From the human T2T-CHM13v2.0 reference genome, Homo sapiens, in the NCBI RefSeq assembly GCF_009914755.1, contig NC_060943.1: a DNA stretch of 64,000 bases. The stretch is one strand, 5' to 3'. The notes under the pieces were generated by a model. It worked only from the letters and a program-made list of their open reading frames with translations. It was not told the DNA's origin and ran no database searches. This document shows positions 29,829 through 47,309 of the stretch, one piece after another (positions within the stretch are counted from its first letter, which is position 1; each line of letters opens with the position of its first letter). The position numbers and the translations under genes were made by a program.

Positions 29829-30352
29829 TTATATTGAGATCTTAACATAATTTCTATTTGCTAAAAGAAAACTTGAGCCAAGTACAAGAAAAAACTTATA
29901 ATGTCACAGGCATAGCTTAAGTCCTTTTTTGTTAGCTGAGTTGATTGAGGCATAATGTACATACAGTAAACTCCATCCGTTCCGTGCACTGAACTTGTTG
30001 TGTGAGTTGGAGATTGGATCCTTTCTTTCTCGATGCACGTGTCAGCCACGGTGTTGCATGTGTCAGATCGTCCCTTTTCATTGCCGAGCAGGACTTTGCT
30101 GATGACTGTACTGCCGTTAGTTTCTCCATCCACCTGCTGAAGGACATTGGGTCAGTGTGGCCCTGCCTTTCCCTGCCTCCTCTCCCTACACTCCTGCCCT
30201 CTGTCTTGTGGTTTCTCCCCATCTCTCCTGCCTCTCTCTGTCATCTCTCTTGTCTCTCCTCACATTCTCTAGTCTCTCCTCACCTCACCCCTTTCTCCCT
30301 TTCTCCTCATACTCTTCTCAATGCTTCCCACTTCTCCCCATCTCTCCCAGAC

Positions 30353-31249
<897 letters not shown>

Positions 31250-31624
31250 TAATTCCTCAGTCCCATCACTCCCATGCTTCTCTAATTTCTCCAGCCTTCT
31301 AGGTTTTCAGCATTTTTTCCCCTTCTAGTTGCATCGGTTTTTGCCCCCAAAATTGGTTATTTCCTTTTTGAGTTCCTATTTGATTTAAGGGATATCTGTC
31401 AGCATATTTCTTAACTTTCCAGTGATGATGGAGATCACGTTTTCTCATTATTTAATTCTAATTTTATTGGACACACTTCTAATTTTGTTCTGGTAAGGTT
31501 TTCATTGCATTCAACACATGTATAATTTTGCTTGTGGGTCATAATCAACCACAAAATGCATGGTGTCTACTTGGGTAGTTCAAAATTATATGTGCCTCTC
31601 TCTTTCTTTCAATGTCACTGCTTT

Positions 31625-32592
31625 CCTTTTTCTTTTTTTTTCTTTTTTAATTATACTTTAAGTTCTGAGGTACATGTGCAGAATGTGCAGGTTTGTTACA
31701 TAAGTATACATGTGCCATGGTGGTTTCCTGCACCCATCAACCCGTCATCTACATTAGGTATTTCTCCTAATGCTATCCCTCCCCCAGTCCCCCACCCCCG
31801 ACAGGCTCCGGTGTGTGATGTTCCCCTCCTTGTGTTCATGTGTTGTCATTGTTCAACTCCCACTTATGAGTGAGAACATGCAGTGTTTAGTTTTCTGTTC
31901 TTCTGTTAGTTTGCTGAGAATGATGGTTTCCAGCTTCATCCATGTCCCTGCAAAGCCTTTTTTTGTGGCTACATAGTATTCCATGGTATGTATGTGCCAC
32001 ATTTTCTTTATCCAGTCCATCACTGATGGGCATTTGGGTTGGTTCCAAGTCTTTGCTATTGTGAACAGTGCCACAATAAACATACATGTGCATGTGTGTT
32101 TATAGTAGAATGATTTATAATCCTTTGGGTATATACCCAGTAATGGGATTGCTGGGTCAAATAGTATTTCTAGTTCTAGATCCTTGAGGAATCGCCACAT
32201 TGTCTTCCACAATGGGTGAACTAATTTATACTCCCACCAACAGTGTAAAAGCATTCCTATTTCTCCACATCTTCTGTTGTTTCCTGACTTTTTAATGATT
32301 GCCGTTCTAGCTGGCGTCAGATGGTATCTCATTGTGGTTTTGATTTGCATTTCTCTGATGACTAGTGATGATGAGCATTTTTCCATGTGTCTGTTGGCTG
32401 CATAAATGTCTTCTTTTGAGAAGTGTCTGTACATGTCCTTTGCCTACTTTTTGATGGGGTTTTTGGTTTTTTTTCTTGTAAATTTGTTTAAGTTCTTTGT
32501 AGATTCTGGATATTAGCTCTTTGTCAGATGGATAGATTGCAAAATTTTTCTCCCACTCTGTAGGTTGTCTGTTCACTCTGCTGATAGTTTCT
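31625..32592 (-). mobile_element. L1PA 3' end, 5'-truncated, with an internal deletion
   Basis: ORF 31853..32434 is the L1 ORF2 C-terminus ([14 protein letters not shown]...[20 protein letters not shown]...WIKKMWHI); poly-T tail near 31625-31648. Confidence 0.93.
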
Positions 32593-34485
32593 TCCTTTTT
32601 TCTACCCCCCTCCCTCTCAGTTCCTCTCTTCTTCTCTGGGCAGCTGCTCCTCTCTCTGCCTGCCAGCTCAGTTTCCTTGTGTCTACTACCCTTCCTTAGG
32701 GTGGGCCATGCCTCCAGTCCAGCCTGGGGAAGGGCCACTGTGGGTGCTCAGAATCAGAGACATGGGGAGGAGGCAATGATGGGGAGATTTAGGCACCCGC
32801 CTTCACTCCTGCTCCCTTAGAAAATCCAGATAGCAGCTGCCAAGTCAAGGAACCTGGGCTCTTCCCTCTACTGGATAAAGGTGGGGGCTCTAGAGTGGTG
32901 TGGGAGTCTAGCAGTCACACAGCGTGGTCAGAGCCAATACTGGGCACCTCTCTTTCTAAAAGTTGGATGTGAGGAGACCTGGTCCTTAATTTCTTCTGAA
33001 GAGAAGCCTGTTTATTCCTAGAGCTTTGAAAATACCGGACCTGGTTAATACACCCAGTCTATACAGTGAGCTTGGATCATTGAGGTCGTTTTATTATTAT
33101 TGTTGTTATTATTACTGATGTTTATTGTTGTTATAACCTTGACTAAAGTTTATCCATGAAATGGGTTTGATTTACTGAAGTTGTCGACAGAGGGTCCCCT
33201 ACACACACCTCGCACCCCGGCCTCCCAAGGTCATGTACATGCCAGGCAGGCAGTCCTATGAGCCCCGGGAAATTTTTAAGACTCCCTCTGAAGGAAGGGA
33301 CAGATCAGTGATGGCCTGAGAGGGCTATGGTGGGCGTCATCGGCCCGGCCTCCGTCCCATCTGGTGCTGGGTAGTCTTTATGAGACTCTAGGAAAATTTC
33401 CTAATCGTTCTCCAGGTCTCGGGAACCTCCTGTTCCAGCCAGGAAGTCTCGAGGTGAGTGTGTCCTTTGCTTGGCAGGGCCCAGTGATCACAGGAGGCTC
33501 GCCCCAAATTTCCCCAAGACTCCCTACTGGGGCCGGGCTGATTGCGTGCCGGCAGCCCTGGGTGAAGAAACTCCGTCCAAGGGGCACCAGGAAACGGCCG
33601 TGGATCAGGCCGCAGGCAGGGCACCCCCGCCGACCTGAAGACCCAGATCAGACCTGGTGCCGTCCATGCCACTTGTCGGGCGCCACCTGGCAGTCACTTT
33701 TAGAGGGTTTTCTCTGGCGCTCCGGAGAATTTTGGATGGGATATTACCCAGCTGCGGTGTCCACAGAAGCGTTCCAGGACCCTGGCAGCGGTGGCAGGCT
33801 CTTATCGGTGTTGACCCCATGCTATTGTGGAATAAATTCCTTGACCTTGTTCCTGCAGGGAAAGAGTGCTACGGCCTGGATATGGTCCCACATGGAGGCT
33901 GCTTATCAGATTCACTGTCCACAAGTTTATCAAAGCCCAGCTGATAAAATGAACATCACATCCCGTTTCTCCTAGTCACTTGTCCTCCTTCCCCAGGAAA
34001 CCTCTATCCAGTTGATAGTCTGGCCTTCCAGAAGATATTACAAGAAGGAAGGCTTTTCAGCACAGCATAGATTTGATGGCTGCAGGGACAGATATGGGGT
34101 GTTAATTAGCAAATTAGGCGTCTCTTTTCTACCCTTCCCTAAAGTGTACAATTGAAAAACACTGAAGTCCGCTGCTACGTGTCAGGCATTGTTTAGGGGC
34201 ACAGGGAGTCCCTGGCTAACAGGAAAGACAAGATGCCTGCTCTCTTAACGAGCCTGCTCTTCAGTGTGAAAGAAAAAAATAACCTAAGTTTATTTAAGCT
34301 TTGCTCTCAGATCACACGATTATAAAACAGGAGGAACCTGGTAGATAGTGTAAAGTATTTCACAGTGGGGAGACATTAGAAAGGGGGGTTTCCTAAGGAT
34401 GAGCACTTGCTTATAGGGAGACCAGACCTGGCTTTTCTTTAGCACTTGAAAGATGTCAGACCTGCTGGTGGTTGGACCCAGTCGA

Positions 34486-35433
34486 TGCTGCTGGTATGTG
34501 CTACCTGATCAGAGATGGTGAGCATTAACCCGTTTAAACCTGAGGTTGTGCTGCTGGTGTGTGCTACCTGATCAGAGATGGTGAGCATTAACCCGTTTAA
34601 ACCTGAGGTTGTGCTGCTGGTGTGTGCTACCTGATCAGAGATGGTGAGCATTTACCCATTTATACCTGAGGTTGTGCTGCTGGTGTGTGCTACCTGATCA
34701 GAGACGGTGAGCATTAACCCGTTTAAACCTGAGGTTGTGCTGCTGGTGTGTGCTACCTGATCAGAGACGGTGAGCATTAACCCATTTAAACCTGAGATTG
34801 TGCTGCTGGTGTGTGCTACCTGATCAGAGACGGTAAGCATTAACCCGTTTAAACCTGAGGTTGTGCTGCTGGTGTGTGCTACCTGATCAGAGATGGTGAG
34901 CATTAACCCGTTTAAACCTGAGGTTGTGCTGCTGGTGTGTGCTACCTGATCAGAGATGGTGAGCATTAACCCGTTTAAACCTGAGGTTGTGCTGCTGGTG
35001 TGTGCTACCTGATCAGAGATGGTGAGCATTAACCCGTTTAAGCCTGAGGTTGTGCTGCTGGTGTGTGCTACCTGATCAGAGACGGTGAGCATTAACCCAT
35101 TTATACCTGAGGTTGTGCTGCTGGTGCTACCTGATCAGAGATGGTGAGCATTAACCCGTTTAAACCTGAGGTTGTGCTGCTGGTGTGTGCTACGTGCTAC
35201 CTGATCAGAGATGGTGAGCATTAACCCGTTTAAACCTGAGGTTGTGCTGCTGGTGTGTGCTACCTGATCAGAGACGGTGAGCATTAACCCATTTATACCT
35301 GAGGTTGTGCTGCTGGTGTGTGCTACCTGATCAGAGATGGTGAGCATTAACCCGTTTAAACCTGAGATCGTGTTGCTGGTGTGTGCTACTTGATCAGAGA
35401 CGGTGAGCATTAACCCATTTGTATCTGAGGTTA
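34486..35433. repeat. 63-bp unit tandem repeat (VNTR-like), 15 copies
   Basis: Unit TGCTGCTGGTGTGTGCTACCTGATCAGAGA(T/C)GGTGAGCATTAACCC(G/A)TTTA(A/T)ACCTGAGGTTG; one unit is 59 bp and one is 70 bp. Confidence 0.97.
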
Positions 35434-35543
35434 CAGTTTTTAAATTTGAAAAATCGGACCTTGGTGATGACCTTGAGCAATAGGATATAAATAATTCCCA
35501 CATTCTTAGCATTCCAATAATGGAACACTAGGCATAAATGGGG
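35414..35543 (-). mobile_element. MER85 (non-autonomous piggyBac/PGBD3 element)
   Basis: 130 bp flanked by TTAA at 35410-35413 and 35544-35547; minus strand begins CCCATTTATGCCTAGTGTTCCATTATTGGAA, the MER85 TIR plus internal palindrome; other end CCCATTTGTATCTGAGGTT. Confidence 0.9.
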
Positions 35544-36369
35544 TTAATGCTTTCTTGAATAATTTATGAGAGTCTCCAAAAGTTCCAGTTTCACCCTCCC
35601 CCAATACCTATTTCTCCCTATCTTTACCTGTTCCAGATCGGTCCTTGGTCCAGCCCCCAGAAAGGCAGGTAACCCCAGGGCATCTTGTGCATGTCAGGGT
35701 TAGTGGGGGGCCCAGTGTGTGTACTGTAGACACCCATTTATTTGTTTTGTGGTGGAGCAGTTCATCATGAATCTTGCTGTTTGCACATGATCAGCTAAGT
35801 GAAAGGTCCATCCCCAGCCACCGTGACGCTCATTCCTGTGACCGCCCCCCCCACTCTCCTCTATATTGCCTTTGTGATTATAATTTGTGTGGACCAACTC
35901 CCATGCAGGATAATTTTGGACTATCAACATAAAGCAGCACAGCCTTGATAATGGGTGATCAGAAGCTCAGTGTGTTCCTCTCTCTATACTGAGGCTTACA
36001 ATAGACCTCCTGGGTCTTTGTGAACCCATAGTGTTCCCCGTGGGTTCTGTGTTCCATGACCAATGGTTTTCAGATGCTCAGTGTCCTTCCTGGTTGTTGG
36101 GGACCCATACCCAGCTGGCCCCTATGGCCATCTGACAGCACTTCAGATGTATGGCTGGTGGGAGGCACCTCACTCCTTGTTTGTCCTCTGATGCCCACAT
36201 ATTTCCTACCCTTGCCTGACAGCTCATTTGCCTCCCAGCATATGGCCAGAGGCACACCTTTAGCAACTCGGACAGAGCCCCCATTCATCCTGGGGCAGGT
36301 GGCCAGCTCTTTGTGGGAGCATGGCAGGCAACTGCGAAGTCTTCCACAGTGGGATAGAGAGTCCTGGGA

Positions 36370-37363
36370 TGTAGGGACCAGCCCTACAGGGTCTGTGGGT
36401 TTTTCTCCCCATGTGCGGAGACGAGAGATCATAGAAATAAAGACACAAGACCAAGAGATAAAAGAAAAAACAGCTGGGCCCGGGGAACCACTACCACCAA
36501 GACACAGTGACCAGTAGTGGCCCCGAATGCCAGGCTGCGCTGTTATTTATTGGATACAAGACAAGGGGGCAGGGTGAGCAGTGTGAGCCATCTCCAATGA
36601 TAGGTAAGGTCATGTGGGTCATGTATCCACTGGACAGGCGGCCCTTCCCTGTTTGGCAGCTGAGGTGGAGAGAAAGGAGACAGCTTATGCCTTTATTTTT
36701 GCATTTCAGAGACTTTTAGTACTTTCACTAATTCTGCTACTACCTAGAAGGCAGAGCCAGGTGTACAGGATGGAACATGTAAGCGGACCAGGAGCGTGAC
36801 TGCTCTGAAGCACAGCATCACAGGGAGACAGGCCTCTGGATAACTGCGGGCAGGCCTGACGGATGTCAGGCCCTCCACAAGAGGTGGTGGAGCAGAGTCT
36901 TCTCTAACTCCCCCGGGGAAAGGGACACTCCTTTTCCCAGTCTGCTAAGTAGTGGGTGCTTTTCCTGGGCACTGACGCTACCGCTAGACCAAAGTCGGCT
37001 AGGTAACGGGCATCTTCCCGGGCACTGGCATTAACGCTAGACTAAGGAGCCCTCTAGTGGCCCTGTCGGGGCATAATAGAAGGCTCACACTCTTGTCTTC
37101 TGGTCATTTCTCACTGTGTCCGTTCAGCTCCTATCTCTGTATGGCCTGGTTTCTCTTAAGTTATAATTGTAGAGAGAAGATTATTATTATAATGGAATAA
37201 AGAGTAATTGCTACAGACTAATGATTAGTAATATTCATATATAATCATATCTACGATCTATATCTAGTATAACTATTCTTATTTTATATGTTTTCTTTAT
37301 TATACTGGAACAGCTTGTGCCCTCGGTCTCTTGCCTCGGCACCTGGGTGGCTTGCTGCCCACA
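36370..37363 (-). mobile_element. LTR13 solo LTR (HERV-K13/HML-4)
   Basis: Minus strand TGTGGGCAGCAAGCCACCCAGGTGCCGAGGCAAGAGACCG...GGGCTGGTCCCTACA; perfect TSD CTGGGA (36364-36369, 37364-37369); minus-strand AATAAA at 36546-36551. Confidence 0.88.
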
Positions 37364-37499
37364 CTGGGAAATGTGTAAGTAACACGTCCTGGGTTGACAG
37401 GGTAGAATCTGAGTAATAAATTTGTGAATGAGCCCTTGGGGCTGAAATCAGGAACTCTGCAGGGACCCCAAAGCCCAGAACCCAATATTAAACACGGTG

Positions 37500-38065
37500 T
37501 TATGTGTCAGTTTGCTGGTGCTGCAGAATCAACGACCTCTACATTCAGTGTCATGGAACAACCACATCATGATTGCTCCTGAGTCCATAGGTCATCTCGT
37601 GATTCTGTTGATCTGGGCCAGGCTCAGTTGACCTTGATGGGGGGGTTGCTCACATGTCTGTGCTCAGCAGGTAGATAGACTGGATTCTGGTTCATCTACA
37701 AAGAACTCATTCACCTGTCCTCAGTTGTCTGGAAATAGGCTTTTCTGGGATGTCCTCAGCTGGGACATCAGGGCTCTGTCTCCTCCATGTGGTCTCTCAC
37801 CCTCCAACAGGCTGGCCAGAGGGTGTTCACATTGCTTTAATTTCCTGAGAAAGTGGAAGTACCAGAGTCCTTGAGCAAAGTCTTAACTCAAAACTGGCAC
37901 ATGATCGATCACTCCACAGTGTCCTATAGACCACAAATTCCACAGGGTGCAGACAGTCAAGGGAATGGGGACATGGATACCAAATCTTAATAGACGTAAA
38001 GTCATATTTTGCAAGTGTGTGAATGAGGAAGGAGAGATAATCAGGACTGTATCTGCAGCCTACCA
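37500..38065 (-). mobile_element. Old MaLR LTR (MLT1-type)
   Basis: CTCCATGTGGTCTCTCACCCTCCAACAGGCTGGCC and other MLT1-like segments. Confidence 0.6.
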
Positions 38066-39609
38066 CAGACCCTCCCAGCCCTCTTTGCCAAGGCTGAGGA
38101 TATTTATCACGCCCCCTGGTAATCCCCCAACCCTCTCCTGTGGGGCAAAGAGCCTTGCATCATTCCTTCCCCCATGGGGGGTGGGGGTTGACTTTGAAGA
38201 GACCAAAAATGCATGTGGCTTTAGGGTATTCTGCAAAATCACGGACCTGGATCTTTTTACCATCAAAAAGAAAAATTCAGAAAAGACAATCCCTGAGACT
38301 CTGGCCCTCGCCCTCAGAAGAAGGGTTGACTATTCGGGAGTCCCGCTGAGTCATCTGTGGTGCTAGGAACACCAGGAATGATTGAGCCTCCAGTCCAAGC
38401 TCCATCTCCCCTCAGGCCCCTCAGTATGCACCATCCCCACAATGCCAGCATTTCTCAATGGACTGGACCTCAAAGTGGGGGAGAAGCAGGTATGTTTTTC
38501 TGAGGCATGTCAAGAAAGACTTCATTCTAGATATGTTAGAGATATCTCACCTTCCTTTCTAAATTTAACAAAAAAGTTATTAAATATAGAATTAATAAAG
38601 GAAAAATCATACTTCTAGTATAATTTCAAGAGCCCACAGAAAACAGATACTACAAAACTCAGCCCAGAAAGGGAAGACGCAGGGCCATAATGGGAGGGAG
38701 AGGAGAAAAGAGACTGATTTGGGGTTGGGAGGCCGATGTAGACTCCAGGGTATGCCTCACTGGAAGGAATGCTATTCCTCACTGAATTTTCCCTCCCAGG
38801 GCGGGGTGAGGGTCAGATTCAAGTTTGGCCTCAACCTGAGCTGGGCTAAAGAGAAGATCAGGAAGTGAGGATGAGGATGAAGGAAGGTGGACAGGACTAG
38901 GTGGTGGTGGGAACAAGTAAACGTTGCCAGAGTGGATAGGTGCATCCTGGGAAAGAAAGCTCTGAGCTCTGAGGTGTGTCTTTATGTCATACTTTGGATT
39001 GAGTTCTCAATCTCACCACCTGCAAGGAACAGGGAGGGCAAGAGACATGAGGGCCCTTTTCTCTCTCCTTTTTTTCTCCAAAAGAAAGCATGTTTTTGGA
39101 GAGCCGCAGGTCATCACAGACTCAGGGGCCTTGTGAAATTATGCTGGGAAGCAGAAATGAGCAAACCGGCTTCTCATGTTTGTTACTTTGTCTCACAGTG
39201 ACCACCATAATTTCATTAAATATTAGCTCTCTTCTCCCCCCATCATTTGATTACTCTTTTTGTAAAATATGGGATTTTTACATAGTTTGACTAAAAGTAT
39301 CTGATTTTCTTTTGTAATCTTATTTACTATTTTATTTGTAATCATTGAATTTTTGATTCATACTTTTCTTCTTGGCATAGCTTGTTTTCCATTATTTTAT
39401 ACATGTGAGAGGTGTTCTTTTAAAACTTCATCAGCACAGCAATAAAGTGAAAACCAAAGCTCCTTTTCCACTCTAAGCCCTTGTCTTTCTCCTTGGAGTG
39501 ATTCACTGTCCTCTCTGGTGAGAACTCAGGGTTCCAAACGTGCCTAGAAGAGCACACCCACAGGGACACAACAGTGGGCAGCAGGGGCTGGGGTGCAGGT
39601 GCCCTGTGG

Positions 39610-40148
<539 letters not shown>

Positions 40149-40243
40149 TCTTTTGCTTTTTAAATAGAATTATTTGAAGTATTTTTGAAGAACAAAGCAT
40201 GGAGTCATCCCAGCCTTTCTAGTGGCTGAGTATTATTGTGGTA

Positions 40244-41190
<947 letters not shown>

Positions 41191-41969
41191 ATCTTGGATG
41201 TCTCCCTTCGATGTAATGATGCTGCTCTGTCCAGCAGACACCGCTCTCGGGTCTAGGCTGCTATCAGTTCAGGAAGAGATGGGTATTTCTGGTCAGAGTA
41301 TTACCACAGTGTGTTGGCTCAGCCTCTCTGTTTCCACCAGAGCCCAACAACATGTTAATAGCTCCTTCAGAAAAGGTGCATGATGAGTGGCCATTTCTGG
41401 GAGCCTAGAAGTCCAGAAACTTTGCGGTCATCAGACTCTGATGGCTTTTCCTTTTGGTCAGATTCCAGTCTTCCTCATCTCCTAGCACTGAAACTTGTCA
41501 TTCAAATGGGGAGCTGGGCTCTACGGGACACAGGGGCCTGAGTAACTGCCTGAGGTAGGGCCTGGAGTGCATTGTACTCCCTGGACCCCCACTGGGGGTC
41601 CCTGGAAAGCAGCTATGTCTCTGGTTATCTGGTGCAGGGGGACCACCAGAATGCCCAGATGGAGTCTATGTTGTCTTTAATATCCAAAATACCCAGTGAG
41701 GCGTTGACTCCACGGTCTGCAAGGGCCTCTCTCTGCCTGGTACCAGATATCAGATGTGGAAAGGCTGTCAATCTCTTTGTTAGAAACCTCCTGTGGTATC
41801 AGCCAGGCACCCAGAGGCTGCCTCTGGCACAAGCGCTTGGGTTTAGAGTCTTCTGACTTTGTTTATTTTAACTTTCATCACTCATTGGGTCTGATCCCAT
41901 TCTGCTGCAGAAAGCAGTAAAGCTTTTCAATGGCTTCACCAGGGACAATGCAAGCAAAAACCAATCAAG

Positions 41970-42974
<1,005 letters not shown>

Positions 42975-43664
42975 CACGCAAAGACAGAGGAGTCTAAATG
43001 TATGTATTTATTTAGAGACAGGGTCTCACTCCATTTTCTGGACAGGAGTAAAATCCACTCCACTTGCACCCCCAGGGCCGGGCAGGTGACGCTTTGGCCC
43101 CTACCTGGGAGACACTAGAGCTCACACTGTGGGCACCTCTGGAGCTGACTGGGGAGATTCTCCTGAATCCTCGGCTCCCGCTGGGTCTGGACACCCTGTG
43201 GCTCCCCGATCACAGGATGGCTTCACACCTCTTCCGCTGTCCTGGGCCCTTGCACTGATTCACATCTAGAAGGGGACCAGGTCATGGAGCAACCCTCAGT
43301 CCGTGTCTCGACTCTAGACTCACAGGGTCAGCTGTAACATTGTGGCTGTGTGAGTGTGGGAGGGTGAGGACGACCCCAGGAGTGTCCTGCAATTTCCTAT
43401 TTGCCAAAGAAGCCTCCATTCTGGAGGAGAGAGGGACCGAGGGTGGAGGGAGCATCGGTCCTCTCCTGGCTCTCAAAGGACCTGGCATCAAATCCACCAT
43501 GACACATACCCTGTCTGGGACCTGTCTCGCTCCAGGGCCCAGCATGTCTCTGCAGGAAGGCAGGGCATCCCACGATATCACCAGCTCCTCTAGGAGTATA
43601 GGAGCCAAGGAGCTGCTGAGACCTGCTGATCACCCACTCACTCCCCTCCAGCCACCCCAGAGCC

Positions 43665-44999
<1,335 letters not shown>

Positions 45000-45000
<1 letters not shown>

Positions 45001-45845
45001 CAGACTGGAGGGCAGTGGCTCAATCACAGCTCACTGCAGCCTCAACCTCCCAGACTCAAGCGATCCTCACACCTCAGCCTTTAGAGTAGCTGGGACCACA
45101 GGTGTGCACCACTGTGCCCAGCTAATTTTTGTATTTTTTGGACAGACGGGGTTTCAGCATGTTGTTCAGGCTGGTCTTAAACTCTTGGGTTCAAACGATC
45201 CTCCCTCCTCATCCTCCCAAAGTCCTGGGATTAAAGGTGTGAGTCACTGTGCCTGGCCAGGACAGGAGCCCTGGACTGGCCCTGGCTGCCCTCCTCCCAT
45301 CACAGATGGGGTTTTGTCATGTTGCCCAGGCTTGTCTTGAACTCCTGAGCTTAAGTGACCTGCCTGCATTGGCCTCCCAAAGTGCTGGGATACAAGTGTG
45401 AGCAACCACACCTGGCCCCTCCCCTCCCCCTCCCTCCCTCCCTCCCTCCCTCCCTCCCTTCCTTCCTTCCTGCCTTCCTTCCTTCCTTCCTTTCCTTCCT
45501 TCCTTCCTTCCTTCCTTTCTTTTTCCTTTCTTTCCCCCCTTCCTCCCTTCTTTTTTGTTTTTCAGGGTCTCACTCTGTTGCCCAGGCTGGAGTGCAGTGG
45601 TCTGATCATAGCTAATTGCAGCCTGGAACTCTTGAGCTCAAGCAATCCTCCTGCCACAGCCTCCCAAGTAGTTGGGACCACAGGTGTGTGCCACCATGCC
45701 CAGCAATTAAAAAAATTTTTTTTTTGTAAAGACTGGATTTTGCCATGTTGTCCAGGCTGGTCTGGGATTCCTGGCCTCAAGCAATTCTTCCTCCTCGGCC
45801 TCCCTAAGTGCTGGGATTACAGGCATGAGCCACCATACCTGGCCA
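45000..45845 (-). mobile_element. AluJ-type cluster with (CCCT/CCTT)n microsatellite at about 45417-45550
   Basis: Antisense Alu segments 45000-45258, 45305-45416, 45560-45843. Confidence 0.85.
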
Positions 45846-45952
45846 CTTCTTCATTCTTGTTGGCTTTGCGTCCCTGGAAAAAAAAATAAATTCTGCCTCG
45901 GTATGTGGCTTACCAGAGTCATGAACGAAGGTTTCACTACAAGGCAGTTTCA

Positions 45953-46093
45953 TATATAGAAATGAAACCATAAGTTTCTGGGTGCTGGCTCCAATTTTTG
46001 GAGTTGGTGTTTCTGGGTGGGCTATCCTCAACATTCGTGCTGGAATAAACTCTCTTTAAATTAGATTCTGACCATTTTGATCACCAGGTTGAC
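45953..46093 (+). mobile_element. MER34-like LTR, downstream part (TATA to terminal TGACA)
   Basis: TATATAGAAATGAAACC...TTTGGAGTTGGTGTTTCTGGGTGGGCTATCCTCAA...GAATAAACTCT...GGTTGACA. Confidence 0.6.
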
Positions 46094-47309
46094 ACCATCC
46101 AGTCTTTGGTCACCAAAGCCCCTTTGCAAGGAGAGAGAGATCAGCCCCTTCAATTCTGATAACTATGCTCGGAGAAAATGAGTGACACAGCTTCCTCATC
46201 AGCCAGCAAAGAGAGGTGTTTAGGCTGGAGAGCTTCCGTCCCTCCTGTACACACATGCAATGCCACCCCATCCCTGCCTATCCCCTGGGAGGGGCTCCTT
46301 GAGGCCAGATGGAACTAACACCACAAAGATGCCAGGTGGAAGAGTCATTCTATTTATTCCTGGACAAAAGAGCAAGTGAAGAGAGAGCCTTTGAGAGTGG
46401 GAAATGTCAAGGCCCCCACGGTTTCACATTCCAGGAGCCCAGCTCTGCCAGCCCCACCGAGGAACCCTGGGAATGTCAGATTTGGGTCTCATCCAGGGAT
46501 ATCTGTGACCAAGGCCTGCCTCCCCTTCCCAGAGGGGCTGGGCCAGCAGAGGCAGGGTAGGGCAGCAGTTGGAGGCCTGTGGACTGGAGTTCAGGAGACC
46601 TGGGCTCTGGTCCAGCCTGTGTCTGTGACCAGCAGTGGGTCCTCGGACCGTGTCTTGCTTGGATTAGAAAGTGAGACGGGAGAATTAAACAAATGTCTGT
46701 CTGAGGTCAGGATCTTGCCCTTACTTGTCAGAAAAACAACCTCCTTTCACCGTGGGTAGAGGTAGAGTTCCAACCCCTGAGGATCAGTTCCACCAAGGCA
46801 GAGCTGGGCTCCAGTGCCGAAGACAGACCTGTCCCCAGACAATGGATTGGATAGGGTTGGGGACTCCACGGGGCTGGCGGAGGCATTGGACAGCTCTGTG
46901 TGCAAAGGCTTTTTTGACACCTGGAGAAGGGGCAGAGACAGGAGCACTGGACTAGCCCTGGCCACCCTCCCCGCTTCCCAGCCTCTGAGAGCCCCCTGCG
47001 CTGTCATGATCTCCCTCCACTGTCTCACCCCAGGCCTGACTCAGCCACCCTGAGAGATCAGGCTCAGGCCAAGGAGGGTCAGCTAGACTCCTCTCTCCTC
47101 GGGACACAATCCTAATCCTGACCCAAGAAACCTGCTTTCTCCCACCAGCGTCTAGGCCTCTACCTGCCTCGAGCCATCCCAGGAAATGCCTGGAACCATG
47201 GTTTGAGAGATGAAGCCCGTTATTGGGAGATGTGTTGGGACATCTAAGTCAGCAGCACTTAGGCAAGAAGGAAGCCAGGCCATGCCTGCACCCTTCTTCA
47301 TTCCTTTTT

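Noticed and set aside
31853-32434. 193-aa ORF as a host gene
   Set aside because: L1 ORF2 C-terminal relic in a truncated L1PA.
34439-35512. CRISPR-like array or repetitive protein (MLTISDQVAHTSSTTSGLNGL)n
   Set aside because: Units are head-to-tail with no unique spacers, context is primate DNA with no cas genes; ORFs arise only because the unit is a multiple of 3 and are broken by stops and indels.
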